A DNA stretch of 63,619 bases, the filler included. It is 4 parts of 4 records of this genome, joined end to end, with 100 filler letters (N's around TTAATTAATTAA, not from the genome) between each part and the next. Parts side by side here need not be neighbours in the genome. Positions count along the whole stretch, not along the records: positions 17,372 to 45,322 come from SRR20825019_2751; 3 more parts are not named here. One strand, given 5' to 3'. Shown here piece after piece: positions 29,050 through 40,200 of the stretch. The first letter of the stretch is position 1, and the number at the start of each line of letters is the position of its first letter. Below the pieces are notes generated by a model, which saw only the letters and a list, made by a program, of their open reading frames with translations, did not search any database and was not told where the DNA came from. The position numbers and the translations under genes were made by a program.

Positions 29050-29898
29050 ATGCGTGTCGCCGTTATTGTATTCGCACTCCTAGCTCTAGTAGCCGTTGCC
29101 GACCGTCCACAGGGTGCTGTTGTTGACATCGAACAGTTCTCCTCTGCGGCCGTTGTACTCCACACTGTGGGTGGTAAGGGTTTTCACCGCCACCTCAGGG
29201 CCCACATCCCCCTCGTGCCCTCCAAGGAGGCATCCACCAACCACCAAACCGTGGACATTACCATTGGCCTCACCCTTAGGAACACCTTCTTCTTGGATGT
29301 GGCCGAGGTTGAGCAGCTGTGGTCTCACCACCACGATACCCCCCTCGATACAGTATCGGGCTACTCTATCTTCTCCGTCAAGCTTGTCCACCCCGTCCAC
29401 ACCAAGTACCCCTACGACATCGAGGCCCCGGTTATGAAGGTGCCTTACACATTTAACGATGCCAAGGTAACCTTCCGAATTACATACAAGCATACCGGTA
29501 AGGGGTCCGTGGGGGAGGAGTTGGTACTTAGCCTGCCCATCCACGAGCGCTACGAGCGTGTGTCGGTAGACGGGTCTGAGTCACACGTTGAGCGTTGCCT
29601 ATTCGCAGCCTCTGCCGTTGGTGAGCGTATGGGTGGTATTGTGAAAGTGTCCACCAGTGGAGATGGTCTCTCCTTCATTTCCAAGTTACCTGTGCGGTTT
29701 GCCGCCATAGAGGAGGATGCCGAGTGGTCATCCACTACCTTCCCCTCATGGGCCGGATCCCACTCCCAGATCAAGGACTCCTTCTGTTTCAGTGTCCCCC
29801 TCGGCGATCTTACCGACCTGCCACTCTTCTACGGCCTCACCATGGCCCTCATGATAGCCGGTGCTGGTAGCGTGTTCCTAGCCCTCCGTACTATGTAG
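29050..29898 (+). CDS. PIG-X/Pbn1-like GPI mannosyltransferase I subunit
   Basis: Signal peptide, FFLD, DIEAP, LPIHERY, VPLG before a C-terminal TM helix. Confidence 0.75.
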   Translation: MRVAVIVFALLALVAVADRPQGAVVDIEQFSSAAVVLHTVGGKGFHRHLRAHIPLVPSKEASTNHQTVDITIGLTLRNTFFLDVAEVEQLWSHHHDTPLDTVSGYSIFSVKLVHPVHTKYPYDIEAPVMKVPYTFNDAKVTFRITYKHTGKGSVGEELVLSLPIHERYERVSVDGSESHVERCLFAASAVGERMGGIVKVSTSGDGLSFISKLPVRFAAIEEDAEWSSTTFPSWAGSHSQIKDSFCFSVPLGDLTDLPLFYGLTMALMIAGAGSVFLALRTM

Positions 29899-29991
29899 TA
29901 TAACGCTGATACCATTTTAATAATGCCCTCACTAACTTGTTCACTGCATCATTGTTAACGTGTATTTACATTGTAACCTCTAAAGTCTTAG

Positions 29992-32900
29992 ATGTTCAAC
30001 TATGAAACTGAACCGGTGATGCGTCTTAGTCGGCTAATGGTGGATGCCGATGAGGAGGCGGCATCACAGTCCCGATCTTTGGTAACCAACACACTCAAAC
30101 ACCACCAAGATATCGTTGATAATCAACGGCAGCGACAAGCGGCTAATGAGGAGCTGCGCATCCAACGACAAATCCAGGCAGCGGAGGAGGCCGCTGAGGA
30201 AGAGGAGAGACAGCGAAATGAAGAGGAGAAGGCTGTCGAGGAGGATCGGAACAGGCGGCTTCGCCTCTACAGGTACCGCCCTCCCAGTGCCTCCGCCACG
30301 AAGCCCCCCTCTCCACCACGGCGGGACTCCTCCCCGTTCTCTGAGCCCCCCAAGGAGAGGGGCCCAAGGAAGGGGGTAACCTTTGTTGAAGGCAGGAATG
30401 CATCCGTCATCGAGATTGAACGGCCCGCCTCCCCTGAAGCGTTTGCCCCCCGCGGGTCCACATCCTCTGTCTCGGATGCTCCACGTGGTAGTCTAGCCCC
30501 CCGACCCTCCACCGAATTCAATGCGCGAATTGATACCGCCTTCGGGGGAGACAATGATAGGCGGCGCAAGTCAATGTTTGCCTTCCTACCGACGGGTATG
30601 AAGTCCCAACCGGACAAGGTAAAGGATAAGGCCCGCAATACCAGTGCTATACCCATTACACTAGTAACCGTTCATGAAACGATAGCCCTACGTGAGTTGT
30701 ATGAGAAGTGTACTGAGGAGGGGATAGGATATGCTGCATCGGTGGCTGCCAACGAACCTCTAGGATCGACCTTCTCGATGCCCGCGACGCCCGTAAACAG
30801 AGCCCCCACCTCAGCCCCGAACGCAGTTACTGGTTCGTCGGCCTCTATCTTCCGCCCCCTTATGTTTGACGTATTCCACGTGTCCACGATGCTCCACACT
30901 GCCAATGTCTGTGCAGTACCCCCAGGCCCTGAAATTAGTCGTATCATCGCTAAGGTACGCCTGTGCCACCTTGGCCACGGGGAGGTGTCATCCTCACACG
31001 GCCCGGCCTTCAGTACCAATGTCATTGGTGGCAGGGGTCCGGTGGTAGACGACAAAGATAATACCCTACACACCGAGGGGACCACCACCAACGAACCGAT
31101 CCTCACTGGTACCCCCACCCTCTCTTTCCAAATGTTGTTGGAGGTAGTCCAGCTATCCAAGGAATGGACCAAGAAGGTTGATGGGGCCATCGATGCCTGC
31201 AGCGATGCATATATCAACATCACCACCAACAGGTCGGCCATCGAGGAGGGCCGTGCCTTCTCTGCAGGGACCCTCGACGACGATGATAGCTCAGGCAGCG
31301 ATGCTGGCGACGGACTACCCCTAGATGGAGGCCCCGATTCCGAAAGGCGAGAGGCCGAAGAGATGCGACGCCGAGACCAGAACAGAAAACTCATTCGAGT
31401 AAAGGATGTGGAGAAGGTGCTTCGAACCGTAAATGTTGGTTATGACTTCGACACCCTCTTTCATGGTGTAGATACCCACTACGATGGAAAGCATATTACC
31501 CCGAAGCTGTTCCGCTGGTTAGCGGGTACCGAGGACCCAGCCATCGTAAAGAGCTTTGTGGCACTAGGAGGTGAGGAGACCCTCAGTGGTACTATCCCGG
31601 TCGATGTGGTTATCAGTAAGTGTGCCGCAATGAACATGACCCCCCAGTTTATTGCCAATTTCGTTGCTGTCGCCGATGCCAATGATGACGGTGTTGTTGA
31701 CTACAATGAATTCCTGGCAATGGTTATCCGCAATCGTATCGAGACCAAGGGGTCCGAGAATGCCACCACCCGTACCTGGTCCCTACCCAACCTAAGACGG
31801 GATGTGAAGGGGTCGGCTATGATTAAGAGGGTGGGTAGTGGCTTGAAGGACTCTGACGAGACGTGGACCGACGAGGAGCGGGCTGCTGTAGAGAACAACC
31901 TACTGGACTTCTTCAACCTCACAGGGGCCTCTATCAGCGCAGATGCTACCGCCACCAAGACAATGGATATGGCCGATATCAACAAGCCCGACGGCCCCCA
32001 GATTAGGGTGTCCCCCTCATTCTCACCGCCTCCCCAGGATATGAGGACAGATGCTCCTACTGAGGGACGACTGGTGTCTCCACTTCACGATCGTCGTGGT
32101 AGTGATCAATCGGCCACCGGCTCCGATGCACCGTTCCCGAGACGTGCTCGCTTCTCGATCCAACCCGATGGTGGTTTGGGGGAGGCCCCCCGTAGACAGT
32201 CCACAACCGCCCGAGTTGTACCCCCCGCCCCCGAGGTAGGGGATATATTTGAGGAGGATGTGTTTGTGGATCCCGACCAGGCATATGCGGCCACAGCTGC
32301 TGCCAACGTGCTAGCCAGCATTCAACAGACATACTTTGACGACGAAGACCTCGAGTCGGAGGGTGCGTCCTCAGCTGGTGGCCAGCAGTCATCCGATGAG
32401 TTTATCGACAAGGACAGTGTTCCCTTCAACGATGGGCTCTCTCAGAAGGACGACCGGCGCCACAGTAGTAGTGCCTCTCATGCTCGACTTCTTAAGATGG
32501 AGGCCAAGCGGGTACGTAATGACGAGCCATCCGGTAGCACCTCAGCTATGTTACACGATGTTAACATTGCCGCCGCAGCCGTATTCGGAAATGATGCCCG
32601 CAGTCTGTCGAATGCTGAGCAGTCCCGCAGGACTGGCTCAGTTACCGCAGCTCGTGTACCGGGGGGACGTGTTGGGATCCAAGCTGCAAAGATGGCCGAC
32701 AGAGCGACCGAGTTGGTGGCGGCCCAGCGCGCCAAGTGCCGTACCGCTCTAGATCGCCTAACCAAACAGCGGCAGCCTCCCATCATTGCTACCTCAGAGG
32801 GCCCCTTTAAGGTAAGGGATACATGTATAGCTGCCAGGGATCGAGGTAAGATGAAGCTAGAGCACCGCCCCAAGAAGAGAATGCCTGCCACATGCCCCCG

Positions 32901-33873
32901 ACTATTCGCCCTCAACCTCCAGACCATAGAGGACCTAGAGGCTGCTGTCCAGCAGGAACAGGAGGCGTTATCAGGACGACGTGAATCGCCAGTCTTGACC
33001 AGACCACGCCCTGTATCTGCCCCACGACCCAAATCGGTCACATCATCGGGATACGGCCGGGCCACACCAATCAAGACTGTTGGGGTCGAAGATTGCCCAG
33101 TAGAGCCCGTATCCGCTTTGGTAAGGGATAAGCAGTCCGCCCCGCCGTCCAAGGTGCCCAAACCCCCCGTTAAGAAGAAGGCTGTCCAGCAGGATGTAGA
33201 TGATGGTGAGTTAGTAGATTCCGATCTCGAGGAGGCCCATGCCGTCCATATTGAAAAGCATGCACCTCGACGACCCACTGCTCCATTTCCACAGCGACCT
33301 CCAAGTGCTGTCCGCCCTGCTTCGGCTACAGTATCGAGCCGCCCCCCAAGTGGCAGTCCAAGGGCACGTCTGGACCAAAACACCCTCAAGGGGATTAGGG
33401 AGAGAGGTAGGCAGATCGAGTCTCACTTCAAGAAGGTTGGGGCTAGTACTGCTACTGCCAGGCCACAAAGTGCCAAGCATGTGTATGCCGTCTCACGCCC
33501 TCCCAGCACCATCCCCTCCATGGCGGCGGTCGACTCCCCTAGGGACCAACGTCCTATGTTCTCGACGAGCCCCAAGCACCGCCATACAAGGACCGACTCG
33601 ACTACCGCGACTATTACAACCCGCAATGCCCTCAACCGTATTGTAGCCTCCCATCTGTCCTACAGACTGCCCGTAGCCGATGCAGCATTTCTTCGTGCCA
33701 ACGGAACTATCCAGCGGGCAATCGAGGAGGTGCAGAAGATAGTCCACGTGGATGACAAGGTGGCGAAGCGTCCGATGAGCAACACCCGCCCCCAGAGCAA
33801 CACCCGCCGCCCACAAACGTCGATGGAGCTCACCGATGAGGCCTACTACGATATCCGTGAGGATGATGCATAG
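29992..33873 (+). CDS. Large low-complexity protein with EF-hand(s)
   Basis: Canonical EF loop DANDDGVVDYNEF; degenerate partner FVALGGEETLSGTI. Confidence 0.75.
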   Translation: MFNYETEPVMRLSRLMVDADEEAASQSRSLVTNTLKHHQDIVDNQRQRQAANEELRIQRQIQAAEEAAEEEERQRNEEEKAVEEDRNRRLRLYRYRPPSASATKPPSPPRRDSSPFSEPPKERGPRKGVTFVEGRNASVIEIERPASPEAFAPRGSTSSVSDAPRGSLAPRPSTEFNARIDTAFGGDNDRRRKSMFAFLPTGMKSQPDKVKDKARNTSAIPITLVTVHETIALRELYEKCTEEGIGYAASVAANEPLGSTFSMPATPVNRAPTSAPNAVTGSSASIFRPLMFDVFHVSTMLHTANVCAVPPGPEISRIIAKVRLCHLGHGEVSSSHGPAFSTNVIGGRGPVVDDKDNTLHTEGTTTNEPILTGTPTLSFQMLLEVVQLSKEWTKKVDGAIDACSDAYINITTNRSAIEEGRAFSAGTLDDDDSSGSDAGDGLPLDGGPDSERREAEEMRRRDQNRKLIRVKDVEKVLRTVNVGYDFDTLFHGVDTHYDGKHITPKLFRWLAGTEDPAIVKSFVALGGEETLSGTIPVDVVISKCAAMNMTPQFIANFVAVADANDDGVVDYNEFLAMVIRNRIETKGSENATTRTWSLPNLRRDVKGSAMIKRVGSGLKDSDETWTDEERAAVENNLLDFFNLTGASISADATATKTMDMADINKPDGPQIRVSPSFSPPPQDMRTDAPTEGRLVSPLHDRRGSDQSATGSDAPFPRRARFSIQPDGGLGEAPRRQSTTARVVPPAPEVGDIFEEDVFVDPDQAYAATAAANVLASIQQTYFDDEDLESEGASSAGGQQSSDEFIDKDSVPFNDGLSQKDDRRHSSSASHARLLKMEAKRVRNDEPSGSTSAMLHDVNIAAAAVFGNDARSLSNAEQSRRTGSVTAARVPGGRVGIQAAKMADRATELVAAQRAKCRTALDRLTKQRQPPIIATSEGPFKVRDTCIAARDRGKMKLEHRPKKRMPATCPRLFALNLQTIEDLEAAVQQEQEALSGRRESPVLTRPRPVSAPRPKSVTSSGYGRATPIKTVGVEDCPVEPVSALVRDKQSAPPSKVPKPPVKKKAVQQDVDDGELVDSDLEEAHAVHIEKHAPRRPTAPFPQRPPSAVRPASATVSSRPPSGSPRARLDQNTLKGIRERGRQIESHFKKVGASTATARPQSAKHVYAVSRPPSTIPSMAAVDSPRDQRPMFSTSPKHRHTRTDSTTATITTRNALNRIVASHLSYRLPVADAAFLRANGTIQRAIEEVQKIVHVDDKVAKRPMSNTRPQSNTRRPQTSMELTDEAYYDIREDDA

Positions 33874-33979
33874 CCGTGTACACCAAACTGTATTATTATT
33901 TACTCAATTGTTATAGGATTACCGTGTCTGTCTCATTAGTTTTAAAGTGATCTATTATTTTCAATCTTTAGGCCACACC

Positions 33980-34531
33980 ATGAACGCAGAATTACAGGAG
34001 TACGTGGACCGTCACGAGGTGGCCAAGCTACTCAACGACATAGCTGTGGACCTCCTGGTGTGGAAGGCGGCGGACCCAATGGAGAAGATTATACAGTTCC
34101 TCGAGAAGCGACTGAGGAAACAGGGTGTCGGCCAGTCAGAGGGATCCATAGTAGAGCCTAGGCAGGATGGCCACATTGCGGAGGATAATGCCTCAGAAGA
34201 CGCTCCCCAGGCAGAGCCCTCTGCAACTGAGGTTGAGCCGTCCACAGAGGCACCCCAGGGGGGAGAGGCTGAGCGTCCCACAACACCTACCTACATACCC
34301 CTTGAAGGCGGCCTCCATGATGATGTCCAGGAAGAGGTTGCGGCGGAGGTGGACACCAACCCTATCGTTTACATACTGTCCCAGCTCGATACCCGAGAGG
34401 CAGGTGTATTGAAGATTGACACTTCGGATGCGTTAACTAAAACTTCAAGTGAAATTCGGAAGGTGTTCGAAGAATCACAAGCTGTTGCGACCCGCATTGC
34501 TCGACTACAGGCTGAGTTTGATAGTGTCTAA
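33980..34531 (+). CDS. Protein with an RIIa/Dpy-30-like dimerisation-docking domain
   Basis: EYVDRHEVAKLLNDIAVDLLVWKAADPMEKIIQFL N-terminus. Confidence 0.7.
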   Translation: MNAELQEYVDRHEVAKLLNDIAVDLLVWKAADPMEKIIQFLEKRLRKQGVGQSEGSIVEPRQDGHIAEDNASEDAPQAEPSATEVEPSTEAPQGGEAERPTTPTYIPLEGGLHDDVQEEVAAEVDTNPIVYILSQLDTREAGVLKIDTSDALTKTSSEIRKVFEESQAVATRIARLQAEFDSV

Positions 34532-34636
34532 CTTTCAACCCCATCACCATGTACTATTATTTATTCTGTGCGCATTACTTTTATTCGCTGCCTTGATTGT
34601 TCACATGTCTTTATGTTTCTACATTCATCTCTAGCT

Positions 34637-37132
34637 ATGTTCGTCGATCCCACATTACCGTACCTCATTCCCCAATGCCCTGATGACGACGTACCTGTGA
34701 GTCAAACGCCCGATAACAGTATTCCAAGGGCGCCTGTCGTTGTAGCCAAGGTGGGGGCGGGAACAACCGCCCGCAAATCGTCCCTTACTTGCATTGGGGC
34801 TTGCGCAATCGACCTATCCCCGATGTCCGAAGCTGGACACCCTACACCAACACTTCAAGAGCGAGTGTCTAACACACTACGCCAGATGGTAGATGCAGAG
34901 GCATCACGGGTTGCAAGTGGAGAGGTTACCTGCGAGGCAGGTACCTCAGGGGCGGCCCTAGTGGCTATTGCCATTGCCCCCACTGCTGAGAAGAAGCCGG
35001 TCGTGTTACCCAGCACTTATGACGAGATGAGCCCAACACCCTCTAGGGCCGATCAGGAGGATGTAATACTTTACTTATTCAGACTAGTCGTCACAACCCC
35101 AAACCGATCACACACGACGACCGTTGCCGTCGATATTGGGGTGGGTAGGGATGCCAAGGAGTGTACCCTGTTCTTTCCCGCCTACACCCAACTATCCCGA
35201 CGGCACTGTACCATACATCTTCGATTCTCCATCGAGGCAGTCAAGCTAGCACCCATTGTGGGCAATAAGAGGGCAAGAGACGATAAGCCACCCCTTTGGT
35301 CGTGGGCTGTGACATCGGCCACAGCGGGGGTAGTCGACCATGGATCTCTCAATGGCACTTCGGTGTTGGTGGATACGGATGGACAGCCCACCGTACGTGA
35401 TGTGGACCCCCAGTGCCCCGTCGCGGTAACACTACCCCCCGTTTCTCTATCTACATCAGCCCCGCTTCAAGGCCTGTTCGCAACCCTCGCACCGCTATGC
35501 CCAGTAAACTTTGCCGTCTATCACCTTGCAACGGCCGCCACATGTAAAGTATCGACGCGGAAGACCCGCCATGTGGAGGAGGAGGTGCCCCAAAATGTAG
35601 CTGTGTCAAATTCAATTAAGAAGCGTGTTGTCAGCAACCAAAGTCGCAGCCCTCACATTCCCATCTCTATCCAGTCCACAGCGGGCCCCACAGTTAGTGA
35701 CGACGATATGCTATCCGGCATGACTACCTCCGACTCCAAGTTCATTGCCAAGGGGGTACACACCGACCCATTCGATAAGAGGTCAGAGGATGAGTCCCAC
35801 GAGGGGGTGCTATCTCCCGACAACCCCATCACGGTGCTTACCATTAACTGCTGCCTAACAGAGGCGGAGGTGTCTACACTGAGATCACTGGGGGTGGTTG
35901 TAGTTACACCTGCCCGGATGAGGCATGCCCTGGCCACCACCACTACCCCCTCCGATATATTGTTGGAGTGTGACCCAGAGCAGGCCCTGTACAGATCAGT
36001 GAACTACATCGTGGCCGCCCCACCCCTCTACCCATCTGTCCGCCTCCTCGCCTCCATTCCACATGCTCGTGCTGTTGTATCTCACAGGTGGTTGTTGGGA
36101 ATGCTATCCCACCACTCACTTCTAGGGGGTGGTACCCAAGAAAGGCAGGAATCTACACGCCTGCCTACCATGTCGTTCGATACCCTTGACGAGGCCCACT
36201 CCCAGGCTATGGAGTACCAGTACCGATTCTCTCTTCGCCACCTACTTTACGACTTTGGACCACAGGAGCGGCGGCAATTATTCGTCCCTCTCAAGTTCTA
36301 TATCCACCCTAGCTGTGCTCTTCCACTAAGCAGCAAGAGTATAAGCCGTGTAGCCGATGTGCCCCTCCAAGGCGATTCCACCCTCCGGATTATGGACGCC
36401 CCCCTACACCGTCTAAGGAGTATTATTGTATCGTCGGGGGGTATAGTGGTCACCGATCCCATCGAAGAGGATGCCAACGTGTTGATATTCCCATCCATCC
36501 CCCGAACATTGCCGCTGTATGGATGGGGGCACAAACAAGATGAGGACGAGACGGATGACGCCGAAGGGTCGTCAGACGAAAGTGATAGCTCGGGTGACGG
36601 CATTCAGTTTAGACGGCGGCGACGGTCGGAGAGGGACCCGTCGGCAGCTGCCAAGATTGCCCGTCAGAAGAAGCTCCTGAAGGAGAGGGATCTATTAGGC
36701 CTTCCCTGCTCTGGGTCCATACCCCAGCTGTTTAGGACCATGCTGGTATCGTCCATCAAGCGTGTTGTATCCTCGGGGCGGGCATCCCCCCTCCGAAAGA
36801 GGAAGGGGGCTAACGCTTTCAGACTATGGTGTCTTAATAGGTGTTGCATAAGTGAAGGTCGGTCGGTGCCGAAGCCACCAACGCCAACTCGGGGCATTCT
36901 ACACCGCAACCAGGCAAACCAAGAGTTTGTCCATCACGCACGTGCCGCATCAGGCCTGCTGACCCCGATGACAATGGACCACAGTAGCTTCTCGATTGTT
37001 AATCCCCACAACGTAGGGAAAGATGATGCTGCCCGGTGTAGTGTATTTGGAGTGTGTGTGCCTGAGGATATAGTACGTGCCGTACTCCGACAACAACGCC
37101 AACTACCACTTCGAACCTTTGGCAGCGACTAA
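34637..37132 (+). CDS. FHA + BRCT-like domain protein
   Basis: FHA: VGR, LSRRHC, DHGSLNGT; BRCT-like: LLASIPHARAVVSHRWL, LRSIIVSSGGIV. Confidence 0.7.
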   Translation: MFVDPTLPYLIPQCPDDDVPVSQTPDNSIPRAPVVVAKVGAGTTARKSSLTCIGACAIDLSPMSEAGHPTPTLQERVSNTLRQMVDAEASRVASGEVTCEAGTSGAALVAIAIAPTAEKKPVVLPSTYDEMSPTPSRADQEDVILYLFRLVVTTPNRSHTTTVAVDIGVGRDAKECTLFFPAYTQLSRRHCTIHLRFSIEAVKLAPIVGNKRARDDKPPLWSWAVTSATAGVVDHGSLNGTSVLVDTDGQPTVRDVDPQCPVAVTLPPVSLSTSAPLQGLFATLAPLCPVNFAVYHLATAATCKVSTRKTRHVEEEVPQNVAVSNSIKKRVVSNQSRSPHIPISIQSTAGPTVSDDDMLSGMTTSDSKFIAKGVHTDPFDKRSEDESHEGVLSPDNPITVLTINCCLTEAEVSTLRSLGVVVVTPARMRHALATTTTPSDILLECDPEQALYRSVNYIVAAPPLYPSVRLLASIPHARAVVSHRWLLGMLSHHSLLGGGTQERQESTRLPTMSFDTLDEAHSQAMEYQYRFSLRHLLYDFGPQERRQLFVPLKFYIHPSCALPLSSKSISRVADVPLQGDSTLRIMDAPLHRLRSIIVSSGGIVVTDPIEEDANVLIFPSIPRTLPLYGWGHKQDEDETDDAEGSSDESDSSGDGIQFRRRRRSERDPSAAAKIARQKKLLKERDLLGLPCSGSIPQLFRTMLVSSIKRVVSSGRASPLRKRKGANAFRLWCLNRCCISEGRSVPKPPTPTRGILHRNQANQEFVHHARAASGLLTPMTMDHSSFSIVNPHNVGKDDAARCSVFGVCVPEDIVRAVLRQQRQLPLRTFGSD

Positions 37133-37262
37133 CTAACTGTTTATGTTTATAATCTTGATGCCACTGAATGTTGATATTGTATGTACTTGATTGTTTGATT
37201 GATTGTATTATTTATTGCCCCCATTCCAAGTGATAGAAGGTAGCCCTTGTGGCTAGCATTAT

Positions 37263-40200
37263 ATGTCACACCCGGAACGATTCAACCCTCTGATGCCCTA
37301 CCCCCAGTCATTAGAGGTGTCTCCCGAAGCCCCCGACATAGAACCCGAATCCACACAGGATGTATTAGACCCCTCCCACCCCAGAAGAGAGGCAAGTGTG
37401 GTCGCCACGACCCTTTCCTCCTCCGGCCGCACCTCACCCGACCCTTATAGTAATCACTTTGGAATTTGTGAGGAGATACGCGTGGATAACGATGTAAAGG
37501 ATGATGATGATCGATATTCAGCACGTGTAGAAAGCCACCACTCTGAGGGATCTCACCGCAAGGATGCAGCCCTCGAGGTGGAGGACGACGGATGCTGTGG
37601 GCTGGGCTCCATGCGTCGAAAGGCAAACAGGAGGGCCATCAAGGTGTGGCAGGTAGTCACGGACTTCTTTACCTTTACACCCCTGTACCGCACAGTGGAG
37701 GAGATCGAGGCTATGGACGTCCCCACTAGTTGCTTCGTATTCAGTAGTACCAACCCCATTAGATTATATTGCCTGAGGGTTATACAGTACAGCGCCTTCC
37801 AGGGGTTTATCCTCCTATGTATATTAGTCAACTCCATTATCCTCGCCCTGGATGAACCCCTTGTCGACCGCACCGACACCACCAACAGCTTTATGTCCGT
37901 CATGGACTATATTCTGACGGCAGTGTTCGTAATCGAGATGGTTGTTAAGGTGATAGCCCTGGGGTTCGTTCTTCACCGAGGGGCCTACCTACGGAATGCC
38001 TGGAACGTATTAGACTTTATCATCGTCGCCACCTCAGTACTAGTAACCTTCGTGGATGTAGGAGGGAACCTTTCCGCACTCCGAGTTGTGCGAGTCTTGC
38101 GCCCCCTACGATCCATCAACCGCATCAAAAAGCTAAAAAGACTCATATCCGGTATCTTCAACGCCCTCCCAGCGGTCACCGATAACTTCTTCCTTTTCGT
38201 ATTTATCCTCTTCATATTCGCGGTCGGTGGATTGCAGATCTTCCTAAATAGCCTGTCCAATAGGTGCTACCTCGTGCCACCAACGGAAGACCTATCCGCT
38301 ATAGTACCCCCTGTTAACTTGACAATGTTCGCAAACGTTACCTACCCCCAACTAGTCGCCACCGAGAATCGCTATTGTGGGGGTGAGAGAGTGTGCGAGG
38401 GTGCCGAAGTGAAGACGTCCGAAAGCTCTGGCGTCGTTGCCTTTAACTCTACCTGCGAGATCCATCGAGATGTCTTCTACACCAGGAACTTGGACTTTGA
38501 CAATTTCTTTGGAGCCATGCTGCTGACCACCAAGATTATGACGGGCGATAATTGGCCCGACAACATGCAGGAGCTCATCGATAGTGCGGGGTACTACAAG
38601 GCCGTCATCTACTTAGTTTTATTGATTACCGCCGGATCATTCTTCTGTGTAAACCTGTTCCTTGCCATTTTGACATCCAGCTACGGTGACACGGATGGGG
38701 ATGAGGATGATGACAATACTGATACTGATGGACGAGAGCAGGAGCCCGACCCCTACTCCCCACGGGAAATTGTAGTCGAGGGTGAGTCCTCTATGTTGAA
38801 CAGCCACGCCCCACAACCAGGAAGGTTGAAGGACACAGCCACCCAATGTGAAGTAGAATACGAGGGTGCCTTTTTGGAAAAGCAACTAGATGCCATCGAG
38901 AGGGAGTTTTGTAACGTCGATGAGGAGGAGACGAGAAAGCGTGTCCACATGATGCTGGAAACGAGGCGGAGATCCTTTTCCAGAAGTCCCCGAGGTGCTC
39001 CCGTGGTTTCCTTACCTGAATCGAGTGAAATGCCCCGCATCACCTCCCCGCCATCGGCACTCAAGAAGGACCTCCCCCTCAACAGCGAATCCCAACACCC
39101 CGAGCGCGTTAGTAGACAAAGTTTTATGCTTGCCTCAAGTAAAAATGGTGTCAACGCCTCCGAGTCGGTAAGTGTGGAGATGCTTGACGGAAACATACCC
39201 CTTCGGCGACAGCGCAGTGGGAACCACTCTAACCACTCTAACCGGTCGTTTCCCAATGTGGTGGGCGAGGACTCCTTTATGGGGTCGGCAGCCAACCTTG
39301 AGCCCTCCCAATCCCTCACCGACCACCCCATGTCAGTTCATATGCTAGAGCTACCAAATCTAAGGGAGCCATACACCAACCTATTCACAGAGGATCTAAA
39401 GCTTTCCCTGATTAAAGCCTTCCATCGCCAGAAACGGAATGAACTACAACAACAGCGGGCTATCCAGGGCGGCCCATCTGTCCAGGCCCAACAGGAAGCT
39501 ATCGCCGAAGCAGAAGACGAACTGATTGATACAAGCGATGAGGGGTCGGATGGCGATTCGGCCACAACCCATGTCACCGGCTATACCGACGGTGCTAGCC
39601 ACTCCAGCACCTCCAAGACCAAGTCCTCTAGCATCAGCACCAAGGCATCATTGAAGCGACGGATACGAAGGGAAAGACAGAACCAGGATGATAGGGCACA
39701 GTGGCGTAAAAACCTAGGCTCCTTTGTCGATTCCACCCCAACCCTCGTATTCATGACCTTTATCACCGTGCTAAACATTACCCTCCTTATGGCCGACTAC
39801 TACGGTATCCACGAAGATGTTAGTGATGCGTTCGATATCATCGGTATTGTATGCACCTGCCTATTCGGGGTAGAGGTGTCACTGAAGATAATAGCCCAGG
39901 GGTTCTACAAGACAGTCCGCAACAAGCTCAACTTATTGGATATATTGTTGGTGTTTATGTCCATCCCCGATATGATTGTTAGCGGTGGTAGCTCCGCCTT
40001 CTCTGCTCTCCGTGTTATCCGGTTGCTGCGACTCCTACGCCTATTGAAGGCCTTCCCCTCCATGCAAGCCGTGTTCGCCTCGGCTGCACGGTCCGTAGTT
40101 GGGTCTGGCTATCTGGTGATGCTCATTGGGCTGTTCCTATTCGTCTACGCCATCCTGGGCATGCAGCTATTCGGCTCCTTCTACGGTGTTACCGACGCCG

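Noticed and set aside
33776-33815. Short duplication encoding SNTRPQ-SNTRRPQ
   Set aside because: Ordinary micro-duplication in a disordered protein tail.
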